Below are positions 58,443 through 64,000 of a DNA stretch of 64,000 nt, piece by piece (the first letter of the stretch is position 1; every line of letters starts with the position of its first letter). The notes beneath the pieces are model-generated. The model ran no database searches. It was not told the origin of the DNA and was given only the letters and a program-made list of their open reading frames with translations. The stretch covers positions 3,723 through 67,722 of the forward strand of contig JAHJBY010000033.1 of assembly GCA_018813285.1 (NCBI GenBank), in the 5' to 3' direction. This stretch comes from Candidatus Omnitrophota bacterium (GTDB lineage Bacteria > Omnitrophota > Gorgyraeia > Tantalellales > Tantalellaceae). A program made the position numbers and the translations under genes.

Positions 58443-61248
58443 TCCTTTTTCTCATCACGCAATAACACCGCTCACACAATTCCGGAAATTCTTTGTCCGT
58501 TCCAACCGTCTCGCTATAGTTCCAGCATCGCGGACACTTAAGTCCTCGCGCCCTTGAAACATCCATCTGAAAAGAAAGTCCTTCCACTTTCTCCGGCTCC
58601 GTCATCCCGGGTTCCGGCGCGTCCAAAACAACAGCCTGGGAAACCCTGAAAAGGAACGGAAACAAACCCACATTCGACGCGAGAAACATCCGCGTCTCCC
58701 CGTCATCGGAATGCAAGCTTATCTTTGCCTCAAGCGGGCTTCCGATAAGCCCTTCGGCTCTCTTCACCTCCAGCGTCGAGAGTACGCTGTCTCTCATTGC
58801 GAGTATCTTCTTCCACTTCGCGTCAAGCTCTTTATTTTCCCAGCCTGTCATCTCTTTCCCCGGATCCGGCCAGGCGGACATATGAACACTTTCTTCTTTA
58901 GCGTCAAAGACCATATGATCCCATACTTCTTCGGTCGTAAAGGCCAGTATCGGCGCCATAACGCGGGTCAAAACATGAAGTATCCGGAATATCACCGTCT
59001 GTCCGGAACGCCGCTCCGTTGAATCCGATGAAACAATATACAATACGTCCTTCAATACGTCCAGATAAAAAGCACTTACCTCCAAAACACAAAAATCATA
59101 CACCGCCCTGTATGCCCGATAAAATTCCCAGGAAGCGTAATGTTCGTTCACTTCTTTTGTAAGCCCGCATAACCTCGACAGCATCCATCGATCCGTTTCT
59201 TTCAGCTCCCCGGCCGCAACAATGTCGGTTGCCGGATCAAAGTCATAAAGATTGCTCAAAAGATAACGAAACGTATTCCGTATTTTTCGGTACCCATCGG
59301 ACAGGCGGGCGAGTATTTCGTCCGACAGTTTTATGTCTCCGTCGTAATCGCTTGAAGCGACCCAAAGCCTGAGAATATCGGCACCATATTTCTCTATCAC
59401 ATCACCCGGTGAAATAACGTTTCCGACAGATTTTGACATCTTCTTGCCGGCCGCGTCCACAACAAACCCATGTGTAAGCACCTTTTTGTAAGGAGGGCGG
59501 CCGGCGATCGCCATAGCCGTTATCAAGGCCGCTTGAAACCACCCCCTGTGCTGATCGGAACCTTCAAGATAAAGATCGGCAGGGGAATTCAGTTCGTCTC
59601 TCGCGTCAAGTACCGCCCGATGGCTCACGCCGGAATCGAACCAGACATCAAGAATGTCCTCTTCTTTAACCAAATCCGTTCCGCCGCATTTACAACAAAC
59701 CATTTTTTTCGGCAAAAACTCGCTAATGTCCTTCTCGAACCACACATCCGCGCCTTCCTGTTCCGTCAGGGAAGCGGTTTTACGTATGATCTCAGTATCT
59801 GTAAAAGTCTCGTCACAATCAACACATCGGATCGCCGGTATTGGAACCCCCCAGTAACGCTGTCTCGACAGGCACCAGTCCGGCCGATTTTTCACCATAG
59901 CTCCTATGCGTTCCTCCCCGGCGGCCGGGATCCATTCGACATCATTCCTTACGGCGCTGATCATATCCTCACGTAAACCGTTGTGATCTATGTTCATGAA
60001 CCATTGTTCGGTGGCACGGAAAATAATAGGGCTTCCGCATCGCCAGCAATGCGGATACGAGTGGGTGACATTTTCCGCGAGCACAAGCGTCCCACCTTTT
60101 CGCATGCGGTCGATTATAGGGCCGTTGGCGTCAAAAACATCCTGCCCGGTGAGATCCCCGGCTTCTTCAGTGAACCGGCCTGCCTTATCAACGAGCATAA
60201 TGATCGCGAGATCGAACTTTTTCCCGGTTATATAATCGTCTTGCCCGTGGCCCGGCGCCGTATGTACACACCCGGTCCCTTCTTCTTCTGTAACATACGC
60301 GGCAGTGACCAGAACAGAATCCCTCTCAAGGAACGGATGACGCGCTTTTTTTACGAACGCTGCTATCCCGCTCCCCAGCTTCGTTTCCACCACACGATGC
60401 CGCTTTATGCCGAACTTTTTCATCATACCGCCCGCGAGGTCAGAAAGCATGATCCATACTTCCTCACCGACATCAACAGCCGAGTAGCTAAGATCCGGAT
60501 TGAGGGCAACCGCCGCATTTGCCAAAAGCGTCCACGGAGTGGTGGTCCATATTATGAAGAACGTCTTTTTGCCGGCGAATTCCACCACGGAAGGAAATTT
60601 AACATAGACAGAAGGTGATGTCCTATCCTTATATTCCACCTCGGCTTCGGCGAGTGCCGTCTCACATTCCCAGCACCAGTTAACAGGTTTTAATCCTTTG
60701 TAGATATACCCTTTCTCGTATAGATCCGCGAGAGAAAAAAGGATACTCGATTCATATTCCTTTGTTAACGTCAGATAAGGGTTATCCCAGTCACCTAACA
60801 CGCCGAGCCGCTTAAATTCTTCTTTCTGGATACCTACAAATTTCATCGCGTAATCATATGCCTTCTTTCTAAACTCCACCTGACCAATATCGTTTTTGGT
60901 CATACCCAACTCTTTGAAAAGCTGATGTTCAACAGGCAATCCGTGGCAATCCCAACCCGGCACATAAGGAGCATAACACCCTTTCATGGCCGAATGTTTT
61001 ACGCAAATATCCTTGAGTAATTTGTTCAGCACGTGCCCCACATGAATGTGCCCGTTGGCGTACGGCGGCCCATCATGAAGTGTAAAAGTTTTACCGCTCC
61101 CGGCGCGCATGTCGAGAATGCGTTCGTAAATACCCATCTCGTCCCACTTCTTGAGGATCGCAGGTTCCTTCCGCGCGAGACCGGCCCTCATCTTGAACGA
61201 TGTTCGCGGCAAATTAAGCGTATCTTTGTAGTTCACTTTATCATCCAT
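58426..61248 (-). CDS. ileS: Isoleucine-tRNA ligase
   Basis: HDGPPYANG, HVGH, KMSKS, C-terminal zinc finger. Confidence 0.97.
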   Translation of the reverse strand: MDDKVNYKDTLNLPRTSFKMRAGLARKEPAILKKWDEMGIYERILDMRAGSGKTFTLHDGPPYANGHIHVGHVLNKLLKDICVKHSAMKGCYAPYVPGWDCHGLPVEHQLFKELGMTKNDIGQVEFRKKAYDYAMKFVGIQKEEFKRLGVLGDWDNPYLTLTKEYESSILFSLADLYEKGYIYKGLKPVNWCWECETALAEAEVEYKDRTSPSVYVKFPSVVEFAGKKTFFIIWTTTPWTLLANAAVALNPDLSYSAVDVGEEVWIMLSDLAGGMMKKFGIKRHRVVETKLGSGIAAFVKKARHPFLERDSVLVTAAYVTEEEGTGCVHTAPGHGQDDYITGKKFDLAIIMLVDKAGRFTEEAGDLTGQDVFDANGPIIDRMRKGGTLVLAENVTHSYPHCWRCGSPIIFRATEQWFMNIDHNGLREDMISAVRNDVEWIPAAGEERIGAMVKNRPDWCLSRQRYWGVPIPAIRCVDCDETFTDTEIIRKTASLTEQEGADVWFEKDISEFLPKKMVCCKCGGTDLVKEEDILDVWFDSGVSHRAVLDARDELNSPADLYLEGSDQHRGWFQAALITAMAIAGRPPYKKVLTHGFVVDAAGKKMSKSVGNVISPGDVIEKYGADILRLWVASSDYDGDIKLSDEILARLSDGYRKIRNTFRYLLSNLYDFDPATDIVAAGELKETDRWMLSRLCGLTKEVNEHYASWEFYRAYRAVYDFCVLEVSAFYLDVLKDVLYIVSSDSTERRSGQTVIFRILHVLTRVMAPILAFTTEEVWDHMVFDAKEESVHMSAWPDPGKEMTGWENKELDAKWKKILAMRDSVLSTLEVKRAEGLIGSPLEAKISLHSDDGETRMFLASNVGLFPFLFRVSQAVVLDAPEPGMTEPEKVEGLSFQMDVSRARGLKCPRCWNYSETVGTDKEFPELCERCYCVMRKRSEDDG

Positions 61249-61252
61249 TGGA

Positions 61253-62116
61253 TCACATAAACCCCTCAATTATCGGCTTAAGTTTTTTTAACGTCTCGCG
61301 CGGCACAGCGTCTTTTGGCGTCAATATCGCGTGTTTTAACGCGTTCCTGCATTCGCAGGACGGCTCTTCGGGAAGAGCGGCGACAGTGTTTCTGATCAGT
61401 TCTTTCGCTATCTCAGTATTCTTTCTTAGATTCCCCATAATCATTTCAACCGAAACTGCTTCCACATCCAAGACCTCATACCAACAATCGTAGTCTGTTA
61501 TCATCGCGACCGTCGCGTAGCAAATACCGGCCTCGCGCGCCAGTCGTGCCTCCCAGAGGTTTGTCATGCCGATCACGTCAGCCCCCCAGCTTTTATAAAG
61601 AAAAGACTCCGCTTTTGTCGAAAAAGCCGGCCCTTCCATGTTGACATAAGTCCCGCCATTATGTATCTCAACGTCAAGATGCCGATTCGCCTCGTATATG
61701 GTCTCCCGAAGCTCCTTGCAAACAGGATCCGCGAACGGTACGTGAGCGACAATACCCTCTCCAAAAAACGTCATATTCTGGCCGCGGCTCGTTCTATCGA
61801 TAAACTGGTCCACAAGAAGAACGTCCAGCGGACGCACCTTTTCGGTAAGACTTCCAACAGCTGAAATTGAAAAAACGCGCCCTACCCCCAGAGCCTTGAA
61901 CGCGTACATATTCGCCCTGTAATTGACTTCGGACGGGAGTATATGATGCCGTCTTCCGTGACGCGCAAGAAAAACCACTTCTCGTCCGGCAAGTTTTCCG
62001 ATGCTAAACTCGTCTGACGGCCTTCCAAAAGGCGTCTTCACTCGAATGTTCTTCCCGATCTCGAGGCCGGGGATCTCATAGAGCGCGCTACCGCCGACAA
62101 TGCCGATCTTGTTCAT
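61253..62116 (-). CDS. mtnP: S-methyl-5'-thioadenosine phosphorylase
   Basis: TPFGRPS, RHG, SAVGSL, EGPAFST.AES, GMT, TDYDCW. Confidence 0.93.
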   Translation of the reverse strand: MNKIGIVGGSALYEIPGLEIGKNIRVKTPFGRPSDEFSIGKLAGREVVFLARHGRRHHILPSEVNYRANMYAFKALGVGRVFSISAVGSLTEKVRPLDVLLVDQFIDRTSRGQNMTFFGEGIVAHVPFADPVCKELRETIYEANRHLDVEIHNGGTYVNMEGPAFSTKAESFLYKSWGADVIGMTNLWEARLAREAGICYATVAMITDYDCWYEVLDVEAVSVEMIMGNLRKNTEIAKELIRNTVAALPEEPSCECRNALKHAILTPKDAVPRETLKKLKPIIEGFM

Positions 62117-62343
62117 TTGCCCAATACCTCCACTGTTTTATTTCTGCGTGTTTCCCCGGACACTATGGACACATGGCTCTTTGGCACACCATATTCTTTT
62201 GCCACAAGCTCCACCAACTCACGGTTTGCCTTACCTTTGTCCGGGGCGGCTCTCACATACGCCCTGAACTCGCCGTCTTTGCTAACAAGTTCACTGCGCG
62301 ATGATTTGGGGATGACCTTTATCTGAACCTTCATATTGAACAT
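62113..62343 (-). CDS. DUF167/YggU family protein
   Basis: V.AAPDKGKAN, IVSGET.R.K. Confidence 0.88.
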   Translation of the reverse strand: MFNMKVQIKVIPKSSRSELVSKDGEFRAYVRAAPDKGKANRELVELVAKEYGVPKSHVSIVSGETRRNKTVEVLGK

Positions 62344-62354
62344 CTCTTTTCTGT

Positions 62355-62651
62355 CTATCCCAACCGATACGCTATCTGATACAGAATATTGGTTATAAAA
62401 TTCTTTAGAACACTCAGCAGGATAAAAGCGACCACGGGAGAAAAATCCAGCATACCAATTTGCAGCGGAAGCCGTTTTAGCGGCGCCAATATCAGATCAG
62501 TTGCTCTGTAAATGATTTGAACGATCTCGTTATAGGGATCGGCGGCAACCCACGAGAGGATGATCCTTGTAACCAACAAAAAATACAGGATGTTAAAAAC
62601 AAGCGATATTAACAACGCTAGACTTTTAACCACCTCCGCGACAACAAACAT
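62355..62651 (-). CDS. yggT: YggT family membrane protein
   Basis: RIILSWV..DPYN, LDFSPV. Confidence 0.9.
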   Translation of the reverse strand: MFVVAEVVKSLALLISLVFNILYFLLVTRIILSWVAADPYNEIVQIIYRATDLILAPLKRLPLQIGMLDFSPVVAFILLSVLKNFITNILYQIAYRLG

Positions 62652-62700
62652 ACGTTAACCCCTCTCCGGCGCGCCGGTTTTTAAACATTCACGTTTCTAT

Positions 62701-62819
62701 ATTCATACATTCGGCGGCGCTAAACCCCGCCGTTTATGGCGGGGATACATGTGAGCCGCCTCAGTATGAATCCCTACCTGGAAACTCTGGGCTTCAGCCC
62801 GGGGAGTTGAAAGGATTCA
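62701..62819. mobile_element. IS200/IS605-like non-autonomous end remnant (PATE-like)
   Basis: Hairpins aaccccgccgtttatggcgggg and aactctgggcttcagcccggggag inside longer pairing; no ORF. Confidence 0.6.
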
Positions 62820-63638
62820 TTATCCCGATAATTCCCCGGATCTCTCTTTTGCCCGAATGACCGCTCGCGCGATTATATCGTCCATCCCGTTCTTTTCAAA
62901 CACCGCAAGCGCCGCCTGAGTTGTCCCCCCTTTAGACGCCACCTTCCGGATCATGTCTTTTATATCGATGTCTTCCCCGGATCCACACCCGTTCTTCATC
63001 AGCAGCGACGCGCCGTAAACTGTCTGCGCGACAAGCTCCCTCGCGACCGCGCGATCCAGCCCGATCTTCTCTCCAGCGATTATCAGACTGTCCGCAAGGT
63101 AGAAAAAGTATGCCGGTCCGCTGCCCGCGATGGCTGTCGCGGCATCCAGCGCGAATTCGTCAACTTCGATCACCGTTCCAACGCTTGAAAGTATCTCTTT
63201 AACTTCTTTTTTTCGCGTGAGAGCGGCATTAAAAGAAACGCACGTAGCGCTTTCACCGACCATTGCCGCCATGTTGGGCATCGCTCTGGCGATCGGGGTC
63301 TCGTTCTCGTTTCCCAGGATACTTTCCATTGTGCTGATCCTCACACCCGCCATTATCGAAATGATCGTCTGCCCGCTGATATTTCCGCTGATCTCAGAAA
63401 GAAGGCCTTTTGAATCCCACGGTTCGACAGCGATGATCAGATAATCGGAGCCGTCAATAACGGCGGAGAGGCCGCCCGCACGGCAACCCGACACCCGCTT
63501 CGCCTCTTCCATCGCGGAGTTGCGCGTATCGGTCACAATAATGTTATCGATGTGTGTAACATTCTTTTTGACTATTCCTTTCAGAATAGCGTTACCCATA
63601 TTCCCGTGACCTATTATCCCTATCCTCAGGCCTTTCAT
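62820..63638 (-). CDS. proC: Pyrroline-5-carboxylate reductase
   Basis: IG.GNMG, RAMPN, GSGPAY, SKGGTT. Confidence 0.95.
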   Translation of the reverse strand: MKGLRIGIIGHGNMGNAILKGIVKKNVTHIDNIIVTDTRNSAMEEAKRVSGCRAGGLSAVIDGSDYLIIAVEPWDSKGLLSEISGNISGQTIISIMAGVRISTMESILGNENETPIARAMPNMAAMVGESATCVSFNAALTRKKEVKEILSSVGTVIEVDEFALDAATAIAGSGPAYFFYLADSLIIAGEKIGLDRAVARELVAQTVYGASLLMKNGCGSGEDIDIKDMIRKVASKGGTTQAALAVFEKNGMDDIIARAVIRAKERSGELSG

Positions 63639-63743
63639 ATAATGCCCCGCCTCCTGAAGTTATGACCGAATGGTAGAAAATATCACAATTCGCGTATGTT
63701 GTCAAACAATAGTGATGAAATAGGATTTAGCGGCAAAAGTGTT

Positions 63744-64000
63744 CTAAAAGTACTCATCCATAAAGCCGATAATCCGATCAAAAAACCATTTAAAGGGATT
63801 CACCTCTCCGCGTTTCAATCGGTTAGCCGCCCGCAGATGGTCCAGCACGCCCAAACATCCGATATATCTCATACGGTCGGTTGGCAGGTACTCAAGTGGC
63901 ATCGAAGAACAGGTCCCGTGCCTGACAGACCGGCCGGTCGCGAGACGCAAGCCTTCTGCAATCTCTTCACTTATTTCACATTCTCCTGAGACGATGATCG
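63744..64000 (-). CDS. 3' end of a gene running off the window; FtsA-like C-terminus
   Basis: Frame open to window edge; ends in amphipathic helix FKWFFDRIIGFMDEYF. Confidence 0.45.
   Translation of the reverse strand, partial: IIVSGECEISEEIAEGLRLATGRSVRHGTCSSMPLEYLPTDRMRYIGCLGVLDHLRAANRLKRGEVNPFKWFFDRIIGFMDEYF

Overview
Bacterial chromosomal window (~50% GC), almost entirely minus-strand operons. The PVC-superphylum small basic protein, TIGR04073 paralogs and many PilZ proteins point to Candidatus Omnitrophota (inference). Housekeeping content: def, panD, hinT, aroB/aroQ/aroA, nnrE, dgt, thiC, gmhA, accBC, efp, mreBCD-mrdA-rodA, rluD, lgt, lspA, ileS, mtnP, proC and tRNA-Gly(CCC). A type IV pilus locus contains a degenerate GGDEF protein, pilT, a stand-alone MshEN protein, two pilB, pilC and two Cys3-His pilins, facing a TMTC-like glycosyltransferase. 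An ExeA/ExeB pair sits next to a PilZ/TIGR04073 cluster. Intergenic DNA is rich in small repeats: a RAYT transposase with REP palindromes, mosaics of 7-bp-period repeats, long palindromes and an IS200/IS605-like remnant. The strongest unexplained signal is two ~200-bp elements with GTAAAT terminal inverted repeats, one with a perfect 8-bp target duplication. They have inverted heptamer arrays and carry what look like complementary N- and C-terminal remnants of a four-helix-bundle gene, suggesting a mobile cassette family. All family assignments come from motif recognition, not database searches.
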